A DNA stretch of 53,294 bases, from positions 1 to 53,294 of the forward strand of contig JAABSR010000002.1 of the NCBI GenBank assembly GCA_011390245.1. The letters are read 5' to 3'. This stretch comes from Campylobacterales bacterium. Its GTDB lineage: Bacteria; Campylobacterota; Campylobacteria; Campylobacterales; JAABSR01. The notes beneath the pieces are model-generated. The model made no database searches. It saw only the letters and a list, made by a program, of their open reading frames with translations, and was not told the DNA's origin. The position numbers and the translations under genes are program-made. The first letter of the stretch is position 1, and the number at the start of each line of letters is the position of its first letter. Shown here piece after piece: positions 10,218 through 22,311 of the stretch.

Positions 10218-10537
10218 AAAGAGCTTTTTAGGCTTACAACACAATCTTCAAATATATCAGGTTTTGAGATCTCTATACTTCCATCTTCGATAGTAGTATA
10301 TTTTTTCTTCAAAGTTTCTATTATCTCAATGATGGCATCTTCTAAAAGCCCAAACTCTCTATCTTTAAAGAGTGAAATAAGATCATCTCTTAGTGAACAA
10401 TAATTCAAAAAAATACCGTTATATCTATAACTTAACTTTAAATCAACAACTACTTTTTGTGGATTCTCTCTCTCAAAATCTTCTATACCTATGATACATT
10501 CAATCTCTAAAGACTCTATTTTTATCTCAAAAATCAT
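10214..10537 (-). CDS. folB: Dihydroneopterin aldolase
   Basis: IIGIEDFER..PQ, FGLLE and ISKP motifs; adjacent to plsY. Confidence 0.88.
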   Translation of the reverse strand: MIFEIKIESLEIECIIGIEDFERENPQKVVVDLKLSYRYNGIFLNYCSLRDDLISLFKDREFGLLEDAIIEIIETLKKKYTTIEDGSIEISKPDIFEDCVVSLKSSF

Positions 10538-11161
10538 CTAAATTTTTGCTTCAGTTTTTGTTGCAAGCCTTATAATATTTGGAATATGTTTATAGACTAT
10601 TATAAAGGTTATAAGAATAATAGGAGCATGTGAGTTGATATCTGGAATTTCTGGATGAATAATAAAACTTGAGACTGTAAATACTAAAAGACCTACTAGT
10701 GAGGAGAGTGAGGAGATTTTTATAACTTTTGCAAATACAAACCAAGCTACTATCCCAATAATAGCTTCAATAGGCAGCATTATAGCCATAACACCAAATC
10801 CTGTAGCAACACCCTTACCACCTTCAAACATCAAGTATGGAGAGAAACAGTGCCCTACAACTGCTAAAAATGCAATAGCCCACTGTGTTTCAGGTGAAAG
10901 CCCTAAATATTTTGCTATCAAAATAACTACTAGACCTTTTAGTGTATCAAGTGTAAAAGTGCTTACAGCTATTAGTTTTGCTTTTTGTGGGTATTTCTCT
11001 TTTACAACTCTTAGTACATTTGTAGCACCGATGGAGCCGCTACCATGCTCTTTTATATTAATTCCGGTAAATAATTTTGCCAAAATTAGACCAAAAGGAA
11101 TACCACCTACTAAGTAGGCTATTAAATAAAATTGTATATTTATATTTGAAAAAAATTCCAT
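10538..11161 (-). CDS. plsY: Glycerol-3-phosphate acyltransferase
   Basis: GSGSIGATNVLR, GHCFS, GGKGVAT and KHIPNI motifs. Confidence 0.96.
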   Translation of the reverse strand: MEFFSNINIQFYLIAYLVGGIPFGLILAKLFTGINIKEHGSGSIGATNVLRVVKEKYPQKAKLIAVSTFTLDTLKGLVVILIAKYLGLSPETQWAIAFLAVVGHCFSPYLMFEGGKGVATGFGVMAIMLPIEAIIGIVAWFVFAKVIKISSLSSLVGLLVFTVSSFIIHPEIPDINSHAPIILITFIIVYKHIPNIIRLATKTEAKI

Positions 11162-11544
11162 TAACTCTCTTTGCTATTTATCTCTATTGTTGTATGAACA
11201 TTTCCTCTTGGATTAAAATCCATCTTCAAGTTCATCTCTTTTGGCTCTACTCTTTTATGGATAGTATCATATATCTCATTTGCAGAATCTTCATGTGAGA
11301 TATATCTATTCATAAAAGTATTTATATAGAGTTTCAAAGCCTTAAGCTCTACTACATACTTATCTGGAATATAGTCAATATATACTGTTGCAAAATCTGG
11401 ATATCCACTTCTAGGACATCTGCATACAAACTCTGGTAGTTCTATTTTTATCCAGTAGTTTTTGCTATTTTTGTTCTCCCAAATCTCTAGATTTGTTTTG
11501 ACACAAAAATTATCTAACTCTTTTTCTCCATAAAGCTTTGACAC
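11161..11544 (-). CDS. queF: NADPH-dependent 7-cyano-7-deazaguanine (preQ0) reductase, type 1
   Basis: EFVCRCPRSGYPDFA, VELKALKLY, ISHE and FNPRG motifs. Confidence 0.95.
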   Translation of the reverse strand: MSKLYGEKELDNFCVKTNLEIWENKNSKNYWIKIELPEFVCRCPRSGYPDFATVYIDYIPDKYVVELKALKLYINTFMNRYISHEDSANEIYDTIHKRVEPKEMNLKMDFNPRGNVHTTIEINSKES

Positions 11545-11552
11545 TGAAGTCC

Positions 11553-13871
<2,319 letters not shown>

Positions 13872-13901
13872 CTACTCTCTCAATCCTCTTTTATTGTATT
13901 T

Positions 13902-14969
13902 TTACATCACTATTGGCATTACAATAGTTTGGAAGTTATCACTTTTTAGTATAAAAGGTTGGTTTGTATCATTTAATCCAATTATAAATTCACTTGTATC
14001 AATTTGTGATAGAAAATCTAAAATGTATCTTGAATTCATTGCTATTACAAAATCATTTTCAAATTGTGTTTCAAACTCAAATTGTGTTTGAGCTTCTGAG
14101 TTTTCTTCGCTTAAAGCTTCAAATCCTATCTCATCTCTTCTAAATGTCACTTTTATCTCAGTTGAAATTGAGTTTATCAACTTTATAGATTCTATAACTT
14201 TATCTTTTGGAAGTGTTATATGGTTTTTTATATCTTTTGGGATTATTCTCTCATAATCTGGATACTTACCATTTATTAACTTTGTAAAAAAGAGATAGTT
14301 TGTAGATTTTATGATTAGATTTGTCTCATTGTAGTAAAGCTCTATGTCATTAAAAAAGAGCTTTTGAATCTCAATTATAGCCTTTTTAGGGATGATTAGT
14401 GAAAGTTTATCAACTGAGGGATTTTCAAATTTTACAACAGCCAATCTTCTTGTATCAGTTGCTACAAAATTTATAGAGTACTCTTTTATATCAATTAATG
14501 CACCATTTAGCTCATATTTTGGATTGTTTGTATCAATTGCTGGTATTATTTTTTTAATCGATTGAATTAGATTTAGTGAATCTATTTCTACTTTTGGATT
14601 TCCTTCTACTGTTGGAAATGTTGGAAATTCATCTGCTCCAAATGTTGGTAACTTAAATGAGCTTCTCCCCTGTTTTATATATAAAAATCCATCTTCATCT
14701 TTTAGATTTACCTCTTCATCTTTTAGTCTCTTTATAATATCTAAAATCTTTCTTCCATTAACAGTTGCCTTACCACCTTCATTGAGAGTAAAAGAGTCTG
14801 TAGAGCCTCTAAGTCCTATCTCGTAGTCTGTTGCTTTTATTGTTAGATTCTCTTCACTAGCTATAAATAGTACATGAGATGTGATCTGTGAAGAATCTTT
14901 TTTTTCCAAAAAAGGTTGTAGATTTGTGAGTATATTATCGAGAATACTTTTAGAAATAGAGATATTCAT
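13902..14969 (-). CDS. dnaN: DNA polymerase III beta sliding clamp
   Basis: ATDYEIG, VATDTRRL, GKYPDY and C-terminal IVMPI; lies between dnaA and gyrB. Confidence 0.97.
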   Translation of the reverse strand: MNISISKSILDNILTNLQPFLEKKDSSQITSHVLFIASEENLTIKATDYEIGLRGSTDSFTLNEGGKATVNGRKILDIIKRLKDEEVNLKDEDGFLYIKQGRSSFKLPTFGADEFPTFPTVEGNPKVEIDSLNLIQSIKKIIPAIDTNNPKYELNGALIDIKEYSINFVATDTRRLAVVKFENPSVDKLSLIIPKKAIIEIQKLFFNDIELYYNETNLIIKSTNYLFFTKLINGKYPDYERIIPKDIKNHITLPKDKVIESIKLINSISTEIKVTFRRDEIGFEALSEENSEAQTQFEFETQFENDFVIAMNSRYILDFLSQIDTSEFIIGLNDTNQPFILKSDNFQTIVMPIVM

Positions 14970-15144
14970 CTGAGGACTCCTTTATATTATAATTTTAAAT
15001 AGTAATAGTAGTATAGGCAATGAATTTGTGAAAACTACTCTTTTTGCCTTATTTTATATAGGCTCTGGCATTGAAAGATATAGAGCTTATTTTTCACATC
15101 TTTTCACAATATTCTAGCTAAAATATTCTAAATATTCATACTTT
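14970..15144. other. oriC2: DNA-unwinding element with DnaA-trios and DnaA boxes
   Basis: AT-rich 14981-14999; TAG-TAA-TAG-TAG-TAT trio array at 15000-15014; short GC patch; DnaA boxes GTTTTCACA (minus, 15027-15035), TTTTTCACA (15090-15098) and CTTTTCACA (15100-15108). Confidence 0.88.
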
Positions 15145-16455
15145 TTACTCTTTTGAGCTTATTTTGTTCTTTAGTTCATCTACTACTATTTTAAAGTCAG
15201 CACTTCCATTTAGTAACTCTTGGACTTTTTTCATGGCTTTACTTACTGAGCTGTGATCTTTCATTCCAAAGTAGTGAGCAAGAGCTGGCATAGAGTTTGG
15301 AGTAAGGTTTCTAGCTAGATATATGACAATCCTTCTTGCATTTGCTATTTGTGTAGATCTGCTTTTACTTTTTATTTCACTTGGTTTTATGTTTAGCTCT
15401 TTTGAGACTACTGAGATGATATCATCTATTGTGATGCTCTCTTTTTTCTCTTTTATTTGCTCTTTTAATATATTTTTTGCAAACTCTAAAGTGATATCTT
15501 GATTCATCAAATTTGCAAAAGCATTGAGTTTTATGATAATTCCCTCAATTTCTCTTATGTTGTTATCCATATTTGTAGCAATATAATCAATAATCTCTCT
15601 ATCAAGATAGATTCCATCAAATTCGCACTTCTTTTTAATAATTGCTATTTTTGTTTCAAGTTCTGGAGGCTGTATATCTGCAACCAAACCCCACTCAAAA
15701 CGACTTTTTAGCCTCTCTTCTAGTCCAGCTATCTTTTTTGGTGGTTTATCACTTGTTAGGATTATCTGCCTGTTTTTGGAGTGAAGCTCATTAAATGTAT
15801 GAAAAAATTCCTCTTGTATTCTCTCTTTGCCCCCAAAAAACTGAACATCATCAATAAGAAGATAATCACATGCTCTATACTTTTCACGGAATCTATCCAT
15901 AGTCTGGTTTCTAATGTGAAATTGCCAATCATTTAAGAACTGCTCACTTGTTATATAGATGACTGATTTTTGCTTTGTTATTGCATGATTTCCTATCGCA
16001 TTTAGGAGATGAGTTTTTCCAAGTCCTGTTCCACCATAGAGCAAAAGCGGATTGAAAGCTAGTCCCTGTTTTGCACAGACAGTTTGCGAGACCTCATAAG
16101 CTAGCTGATTGGATGAACCAACAACAAAAGCATCAAAAGTGTATGAGGGATTTAATATAGTCGATTTTTGCTGCTTATATTCATTGAGCATAACCTTTTT
16201 TGGCACGCTCTTTTTTTCAGTTGACAAAATTATATTAACTTCTGGTTTTACACCAGTATTCATCTCAAAAAGGTGTGCTATTTTTTCGCTATATTTTGTT
16301 TTTACCCAATTTTGAATAAATGGATTTGGTGCTTCATATACGGCAAGGTCGCTTCTACTTGCTTCTTCTGAATACCTTAAGTTTTTTATGTACTTCTCAT
16401 ACTCAAAATTTGATATCTCATCTTTAAGTTGAGATAGTGTAGTATCTCCAAGCAA
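15145..16455 (-). CDS. dnaA: Chromosomal replication initiator DnaA
   Basis: LNPSYTFDAFVVG, Walker A GGTGLGKT, LLIDDVQF, QEEFFHTFN, RLKSRF and domain IV KDHSSV. Start reassigned to TTG 16455 (GGGGG SD upstream). Confidence 0.98.
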   Translation of the reverse strand: MLGDTTLSQLKDEISNFEYEKYIKNLRYSEEASRSDLAVYEAPNPFIQNWVKTKYSEKIAHLFEMNTGVKPEVNIILSTEKKSVPKKVMLNEYKQQKSTILNPSYTFDAFVVGSSNQLAYEVSQTVCAKQGLAFNPLLLYGGTGLGKTHLLNAIGNHAITKQKSVIYITSEQFLNDWQFHIRNQTMDRFREKYRACDYLLIDDVQFFGGKERIQEEFFHTFNELHSKNRQIILTSDKPPKKIAGLEERLKSRFEWGLVADIQPPELETKIAIIKKKCEFDGIYLDREIIDYIATNMDNNIREIEGIIIKLNAFANLMNQDITLEFAKNILKEQIKEKKESITIDDIISVVSKELNIKPSEIKSKSRSTQIANARRIVIYLARNLTPNSMPALAHYFGMKDHSSVSKAMKKVQELLNGSADFKIVVDELKNKISSKE

Positions 16456-16578
16456 AAATACCCCCAAAGTTGGTTTCACTATGTGAAAATTATGTGAATA
16501 ATCTAACACATTATTGCTTCTAGTTAGCTTTTAATTGACATGACAGTAGTGAAAAAAGGTTGAAAATTTAGTGAATAT
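16456..16578. other. oriC1: DnaA-box cluster between dnaA and ruvC
   Basis: TTATTCACA (minus, 16493-16501), ATTTTCACA (minus, 16482-16490), GGTTTCACT (16472-16480), TTTTTCACT (minus, 16548-16556) and ATATTCACT (minus, 16570-16578). Confidence 0.8.
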
Positions 16579-17050
16579 TTTAGGTATTGATCCAGGAAGT
16601 ATAAATTGTGGATATGCCATTATTGAGCTTGATAGACCCATGTTGAGGCTGGTTGAAGCAGGTTTGATAAAGATAAAAGAGAGAGATCTGCAACATCAAA
16701 TACTAGAGTTTGTAGAGGGAATAGACTTGGTTCTTAAAAGATTTCACATAGATGAGGTGGCGATAGAGGATATATTCTTTGCACACAACCCAAAGACTGT
16801 AATAAAATTAGCTCAATTTCGTGGAGCACTCTCTCTAAAAATTCTTCAAGAAATAGGAAATTTTTATGAATACACTCCTTTGCAGGTCAAAAAAGCACTT
16901 ACTGGAAAAGCAAAAGCAGATAAAGTTCAGGTAGCGTATATGGTCAAAAAAGTTTTAAATATAAAAAAAGATATTAAACCTCTTGATATTACAGATGCAA
17001 TGGCTGTAGCAATCACACACTCTCAAAGAGTTAAGTTAAAAAGGTCTTAG
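16571..17050 (+). CDS. ruvC: Holliday junction resolvase
   Basis: [28 protein letters not shown] and DITDAMAVA motifs. Confidence 0.97.
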   Translation: MNILGIDPGSINCGYAIIELDRPMLRLVEAGLIKIKERDLQHQILEFVEGIDLVLKRFHIDEVAIEDIFFAHNPKTVIKLAQFRGALSLKILQEIGNFYEYTPLQVKKALTGKAKADKVQVAYMVKKVLNIKKDIKPLDITDAMAVAITHSQRVKLKRS

Positions 17051-17051
17051 A

Positions 17052-17615
17052 GTGGATAATACTATTTCAAATGAGGCAAATCTACCTACAAAATATGGCA
17101 ATTTTAAGATCAGAGTCTTTCAAGAGGATAGCAAAGAGCATCTAGTTTTGTTTACAAAAGATTTAAGCCAAAATCCACTCCTTAGAGTTCATTCAGAGTG
17201 CCTAACTGGCGATGTTTTTGGCTCCTTGAAGTGTGATTGTGGAGGAGAGCTTGCAATTGCTCTGGAGAGAATCTCAAAAGAGGGTGGTATGATAATCTAT
17301 CTTAGACAAGAGGGTAGAAATATTGGTCTTTTAAACAAGATAAATGCTTATGCACTTCAAGATGTTGGTTATGACACTGTTGAGGCAAATTTGGCTCTTG
17401 GCTTTAGAGATGATGAGAGAGACTATAGTATTTTAGATAAGATTTTTAAGTTTTTTGAGATAAAAAGTGTTAAGCTTTTGACAAATAATCCAAAAAAGGT
17501 AGAAGAGGTCTCTAAATATATAAAGTCTCAAAGAGAGCCGATATTAGTAGAGCATAACTGCTATAATAGAGATTATCTAAAGACAAAAAAAGAGAGATTA
17601 GGACATATATTATGA
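17052..17615 (+). CDS. ribA: GTP cyclohydrolase II
   Basis: [31 protein letters not shown] and KKERLGH motifs. Confidence 0.96.
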   Translation: MDNTISNEANLPTKYGNFKIRVFQEDSKEHLVLFTKDLSQNPLLRVHSECLTGDVFGSLKCDCGGELAIALERISKEGGMIIYLRQEGRNIGLLNKINAYALQDVGYDTVEANLALGFRDDERDYSILDKIFKFFEIKSVKLLTNNPKKVEEVSKYIKSQREPILVEHNCYNRDYLKTKKERLGHIL

Positions 17616-18943
17616 CAAATATTATTCTTTGTGGAGGAAGCGGAACGCGGCTTTGGCCAATGAGTAGGTCTCTTATGCCAAAACAGTTTGTACAGATTTT
17701 TGAAGGAGAATCACTCTTTCAAAAGACGATTGATAGGAATAGTAAAATATGTGATAAGATATTTATTGTCTCAAATGAAGAGCACTACTTTTTAGCTTTA
17801 GATCAGATAGAAGAGAGCAAAGATATAGTCATAGACTTTAGATTTTTATTGGAATCTATAGCTAAAAATACTGCTCCCGCAATAGCTTTGGCTTGCATGA
17901 GTCTTGAAAGTGAAGAGATTGTTTTAATTACTCCAAGTGATCATCTTATAAAAGATCAAAACCGCTATAAAGAGGCTGTTGATAGAGCTTGTGAGTTAGC
18001 TTCTGAAGATTATCTAGTGACTTTTGGGATAGAACCTACATATCCTGAGATTGGCTTTGGATATATAAAAGCTGATGGTGAGAATGTCTTAAGCTTTAAA
18101 GAGAAGCCTACTATTGAGGTTGCAAAAGAGTATTTGAGTGAGGGCAACTACTACTGGAATAGTGGAATGTTTGCTTTTAGAGTAGGCTATTTTTTGGATG
18201 AGCTAAAAAAATATTCGCCAAAAATTTATGAGACCTCTTTGAGTGCTTTTGAAAAATCTGACAAAAGTGAGATGATAAGAATCAAAAGAGATGATATGGA
18301 ACTTATACCTGAAGATTCTATAGATTATGCACTACTTGAAAAGAGTAGTAGAGTTAAAGTTGTGAGGTCAAGCTTTGGTTGGAGTGATGTAGGTAGTTTT
18401 GATTCCTTATCATCTGAGCTAGAAAATGATAGTAACAATAATCTAGTGATCGCAAATAAAGAGGTAGCACTTATTGATGTAGAAGATTTAATAGTAGTGG
18501 ATACTGAAGATGCACTTTTGATATCAAAAAAGGGCTCATCTCAAAAAGTCAAATCAATCGTAAACTCTCTAAAACAAAGAGGCTCACTACTTCCTATTGT
18601 CCATAAGTGCGTACATAGACCATGGGGAACATATACTGTTCTTGAAGATTGTGCTGGCTTTAAGATAAAAAAAATAGAGGTAAAACCTGGCAAAAGACTC
18701 TCTTTGCAAAAACATTTTCATAGAAATGAGCACTGGATTGTTGTAAGTGGCACTGCTACTGTAGAGGTAGGTGGAGAAAAAAAATATATCTGCCCAAATG
18801 AGTCAACCTATATAAAAATGGGTGAAGCTCATAGATTGGCAAATGAGGGAAAAATACCAGTAGTCCTTATTGAAGCTCAAGTTGGTGAATATACTGGAGA
18901 GGATGATATTGTAAGATTAGAAGATGATTTTAAGAGAGCATAA
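17612..18943 (+). CDS. manC: Mannose-1-phosphate guanylyltransferase/mannose-6-phosphate isomerase
   Basis: [39 protein letters not shown], and a cupin tail ([16 protein letters not shown]). Confidence 0.95.
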   Translation: MTNIILCGGSGTRLWPMSRSLMPKQFVQIFEGESLFQKTIDRNSKICDKIFIVSNEEHYFLALDQIEESKDIVIDFRFLLESIAKNTAPAIALACMSLESEEIVLITPSDHLIKDQNRYKEAVDRACELASEDYLVTFGIEPTYPEIGFGYIKADGENVLSFKEKPTIEVAKEYLSEGNYYWNSGMFAFRVGYFLDELKKYSPKIYETSLSAFEKSDKSEMIRIKRDDMELIPEDSIDYALLEKSSRVKVVRSSFGWSDVGSFDSLSSELENDSNNNLVIANKEVALIDVEDLIVVDTEDALLISKKGSSQKVKSIVNSLKQRGSLLPIVHKCVHRPWGTYTVLEDCAGFKIKKIEVKPGKRLSLQKHFHRNEHWIVVSGTATVEVGGEKKYICPNESTYIKMGEAHRLANEGKIPVVLIEAQVGEYTGEDDIVRLEDDFKRA

Positions 18944-18973
18944 TAGGTATATTTCTATCCTGCAATCAATTTT

Positions 18974-19066
18974 TTAATTTTTATACGCATAATAGATAAA
19001 TCCACCAACACCAATAATAGTCACGACTACTAAAAAAACAATCAACACAATATCAACTGATCCCAT
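18974..19066 (-). CDS. Putative 30-aa single-pass membrane microprotein ([30 protein letters not shown])
   Basis: SD AAGGAG 5 nt before ATG, a 14-nt overlap with the rlmN 3' end, and one clean hydrophobic helix. Confidence 0.68.
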   Translation of the reverse strand: MGSVDIVLIVFLVVVTIIGVGGFIYYAYKN

Positions 19067-20123
19067 CTCTACTCCTTTCTCTAAGTTGTCCGCAAGCTGC
19101 ACTTATATCTAAGCCTTTGGATTCTCTAATAGTACATAGCACTCCTCTATCTACGAGGTATTGCTGAAAATTTAACATATCCTCTTTTTTAGGTCTTTTA
19201 TATTCTGTCCCTGGATATGGATTGAAATAGATTAAATTCACTTTTGACTTTATCCCCTCAAGTAGTTTTATGAGTTTTTTTGCAGATTTTATATCATCAT
19301 TTTTCTCTCCGATGACTAGATATTCAAACATTATTCTCTTTCTAGAATCGATAGGATATTTTTTTATTGCTTCAATGATTGATTTTATGTTATAGGCTCT
19401 ATTTAACGGTATTAGCTCACTTCTTAATTCATCATCAACAGCATGGAGAGATATTGCAAGCATTACCCCAAGATTCTCTTCTCCAAGTTTTGTGATTTTT
19501 GGTGAGATGCCACTTGTTGATATTGTCTGTCTTTTGGGTGAGATTGAAAGTCCATCTTCGCAAGATAGTATTTTTATAGCTTTCAAAAGATTTTCAAAGT
19601 TATCAAGTGGTTCACCCATGCCCATATAGACTACATTTACTCTTTTCTCTACTGGGATGTCATTATCTCTTTTTATCGCTAAAATCTGAAAAACTATCTC
19701 TCCAGCACTCAAATCTCTAGTAAAACCACCTTTTGCGGTTAGGCAAAATGAGCATCCAACTTTACAGCCTATTTGGGTAGATACACAGATTGTATATTTT
19801 TCACTTGTTGTAATATTCCCAGATTCGTCATACTTTTTATCTTTCATTTTTAGCAGAACAGATTCAAAGCTGTTCTCTTTGCTATCAACAAAGAGATACT
19901 TTTTTGAGCCATCACTTGAGCATTCACAATTTTTGATTTTTATGCTATCAATGAAAAATCTCTTCTCTAAGTCATCTCTTAGATCTTTTGGTAGGTTTGA
20001 CATCTTTTCAAAACTATCGCTATAGTTTATGTAGAGCCAGTTGTATATTTGTTTTGCTCTAAAGCTTGGTTTTATAAGCCCTTTTAGATCTTCAAGCTCT
20101 ATTGAGTAGATATCTTGTTTAAT
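19053..20123 (-). CDS. rlmN: Dual-specificity RNA methyltransferase RlmN (radical SAM), apparent ATT start
   Basis: [19 protein letters not shown] and DISAACGQL. The conserved N-terminal [11 protein letters not shown] lies upstream of the first ATG (20003), so the start is moved to ATT at 20123. Confidence 0.95.
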   Translation of the reverse strand: MKQDIYSIELEDLKGLIKPSFRAKQIYNWLYINYSDSFEKMSNLPKDLRDDLEKRFFIDSIKIKNCECSSDGSKKYLFVDSKENSFESVLLKMKDKKYDESGNITTSEKYTICVSTQIGCKVGCSFCLTAKGGFTRDLSAGEIVFQILAIKRDNDIPVEKRVNVVYMGMGEPLDNFENLLKAIKILSCEDGLSISPKRQTISTSGISPKITKLGEENLGVMLAISLHAVDDELRSELIPLNRAYNIKSIIEAIKKYPIDSRKRIMFEYLVIGEKNDDIKSAKKLIKLLEGIKSKVNLIYFNPYPGTEYKRPKKEDMLNFQQYLVDRGVLCTIRESKGLDISAACGQLRERSRDGIS

Positions 20124-20655
20124 TTTTTCTCCTCTTTTCTATGTGATTTTTTAAGATCTCCATAGCTCTATTGTGATTTTTGACAAAGTCGTTATGAGCA
20201 TTTTCGTTGCAATAATTTGTTATCACAAATATGCCAAAAGCTGGAATCCCAAACTCTTTTGCTACAGATAGCACAGAAAAAAACTCCATATTTTCTATCT
20301 CAAGACCTATTTTTCTAAATCTTTTTGATGAATCTAAATCTTTTGTTATGTAGTTTGATGAGTTTACAATTGTTTCACGTGAAACAATTATATTCTCAAC
20401 TTTTATAACATTCTCAATTGGAGTGAAAGATCTATCTTGCAGATATGATATTTCAATATTAGATGCTATATTTGATTCTACAATATCAAAAATCTCTCTA
20501 TCACCGTAACTACCAGCACTACCTACAAAAACTATAATATCAGGCCTATCCATAAGTGCTAATCTTGTTAGGTTTATAGTAGATTCTACCATGCCAATTC
20601 CAATAGGAAGTGCGAAATCAAAAGTCTCCATAGAGCCAGCAGAGATAAAAAGCAC
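20119..20655 (-). CDS. Purine-nucleoside-phosphorylase-like protein (PNP_UDP_1 superfamily)
   Basis: [18 protein letters not shown] and TNYC motifs. Confidence 0.75.
   Translation of the reverse strand: MLFISAGSMETFDFALPIGIGMVESTINLTRLALMDRPDIIVFVGSAGSYGDREIFDIVESNIASNIEISYLQDRSFTPIENVIKVENIIVSRETIVNSSNYITKDLDSSKRFRKIGLEIENMEFFSVLSVAKEFGIPAFGIFVITNYCNENAHNDFVKNHNRAMEILKNHIEKRRKN
20371..20386. promoter_or_regulatory. parS site (ParB binding)
   Basis: Perfect TGTTTCACGTGAAACA, part of a 22-bp palindrome at 20368-20389, about 3.8 kb from oriC1. Confidence 0.93.
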
Positions 20656-21410
20656 TACCTAACCACCAAACCATTTTCCCTGAGATACTCTTTTAAGTGC
20701 GATATTTCAATCTCTCTAAAATGGAAAATAGAGGCCGCTAATGCAGCATCAGCTCCAGCTAAAAAAGCATCTTTTAGATGAGACATCTCTCCAGCACCAC
20801 CACTTGCAATTACAGGGATATCTACTGCTTCGCATATCAATCTAAGCATATCTAAATCATAGCCTGCTTTTGTGCCATCACTATCCATAGAAGTTAGAAG
20901 AATTTCACCCGCACCTCTGCTCTCCATCTCTTTTGCCCACTTTAGTGCATCTAATCCAGTATCAATTCTTCCTCCATTGATATATACATTGTATGAATCT
21001 CCAACTCTTTTTGCATCAATTGCTACTACAATACATTGAGAGCCAAATCTTTTTGCCCCTTCTTCTACAAAATATGGATTTTTTACTGCACTTGAGTTTA
21101 TAGAAACCTTATCACAGCCAACATTTAAAAGAGAGTAGATATTATCCATAGTCCTAATCCCACCACCTACAGTTAGTGGGATAAAAACCTCTTTTGCTAC
21201 ATCTTTTACTATCTCTACAATAGTATCTCTCTTTTCATGGCTTGCGGTAATGTCTAAAAATGTTATCTCATCAGCACCCTCTTGGTTGTATCTCTTAGCA
21301 ACTTCTACAGGATCTCCAGCATCTTTCAATCCTACGAAATTTATACCCTTTACAACTCTCCCCTCTTTCACATCAAGACATGGGATAATACGCTTTGCAA
21401 AATAGTTCAT
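20655..21410 (-). CDS. hisF: Imidazole glycerol phosphate synthase cyclase subunit
   Basis: [24 protein letters not shown] and IASGGAG. True start is ATG 21410; the ORF-track extension overlaps rsmA and is spurious. Confidence 0.97.
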   Translation of the reverse strand: MNYFAKRIIPCLDVKEGRVVKGINFVGLKDAGDPVEVAKRYNQEGADEITFLDITASHEKRDTIVEIVKDVAKEVFIPLTVGGGIRTMDNIYSLLNVGCDKVSINSSAVKNPYFVEEGAKRFGSQCIVVAIDAKRVGDSYNVYINGGRIDTGLDALKWAKEMESRGAGEILLTSMDSDGTKAGYDLDMLRLICEAVDIPVIASGGAGEMSHLKDAFLAGADAALAASIFHFREIEISHLKEYLRENGLVVR

Positions 21411-21522
21411 ATATATCCAATTTAAATAATTTATAAATGAAATAGTATAGAAAAAGGGATAAAATATAGGATAGTTAAAGAAAGTATGTTGTACTATATA
21501 ATAGAAATGTTGGCGGGAAGCA

Positions 21523-22302
21523 GTGGTAAAAGCAGAAATTGTAGCAAAAAAGAGATTTGGACAAAACTTTTTAAAAGATGAAGTAGTCCTAGAGAAGATC
21601 ATCAAATCGATCCCCAATGATAATACTCCTATATGTGAGATTGGGGCTGGATTAGGTGATTTGACGAGAAAACTGTTGGAACTCTCAAGAGTTATTGCCT
21701 TTGAGATAGATAGAGAGCTATTTGAGATACTTAGTAGGGAATTTGCAAAAGAGATAGGGGAGAAGAGATTAGAGATTATCCTCTGTGATGTTTTAGACCT
21801 GTGGAGAGAAAATTTACACGAAAAGCCATACAGGCTGGTTGCAAATCTTCCCTATTATGTAGCTACGAATATAATTCTCAAGGCTCTTAAAGATAGTAAC
21901 TGCAAAGAGTTGGTAGTGATGATTCAAAAAGAGGTAGCATTAAAGTTTTGTGCCAAAAGAGGGGATCGCAATTTTTGTGCTTTATCTGTTTTAGTAGAGA
22001 GTGCAGGAGAGGCAGAGATGCTTTTTGATGTGCCTCCATCCTCTTTTGAACCAGAGCCAAAAGTGTTCTCATCTGTAATAAGAGTAAGAAAAAGAGCAGA
22101 GCTAGAGAGTTCTGAAGATTTTGAGAGGTTTCTAAGAGTGGCATTTGCCTCCCCTAGAAAAAAACTTTCAAAATCTCTATCTCAGAGATACTCAAAAGAG
22201 AGGATTTCTGAACTTTTTCTAGAACTTGGAATAGATGATAGAAGCAGAGCACATGAGATTCCAACAATCCTTTATCACCAAATTTACAATTCACTTAGAT
22301 AA
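21523..22302 (+). CDS. rsmA: 16S rRNA m6,2A dimethyltransferase (KsgA)
   Basis: [30 protein letters not shown] and F.P.PKV.S motifs. Confidence 0.96.
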   Translation: MVKAEIVAKKRFGQNFLKDEVVLEKIIKSIPNDNTPICEIGAGLGDLTRKLLELSRVIAFEIDRELFEILSREFAKEIGEKRLEIILCDVLDLWRENLHEKPYRLVANLPYYVATNIILKALKDSNCKELVVMIQKEVALKFCAKRGDRNFCALSVLVESAGEAEMLFDVPPSSFEPEPKVFSSVIRVRKRAELESSEDFERFLRVAFASPRKKLSKSLSQRYSKERISELFLELGIDDRSRAHEIPTILYHQIYNSLR

Positions 22303-22311
22303 AGGCAAAAA

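Noticed and set aside
11161-11544. queF as part of a 7-deazaguanine DNA-modification (dpd) system
   Set aside because: No dpdA/tgt paralog or other dpd genes are nearby. It sits in a housekeeping run behind gyrB, consistent with tRNA queuosine synthesis.
16474-16488. TTTCAC-TAT-GTGAAA as a second parS
   Set aside because: The 3-nt spacer breaks the parS consensus; it is better explained as two opposed DnaA boxes of oriC1.
21411-21617. 69-aa N-terminal extension of HisF in the ORF track
   Set aside because: It runs through the divergent promoter into rsmA, and HisF homology starts at ATG 21410.
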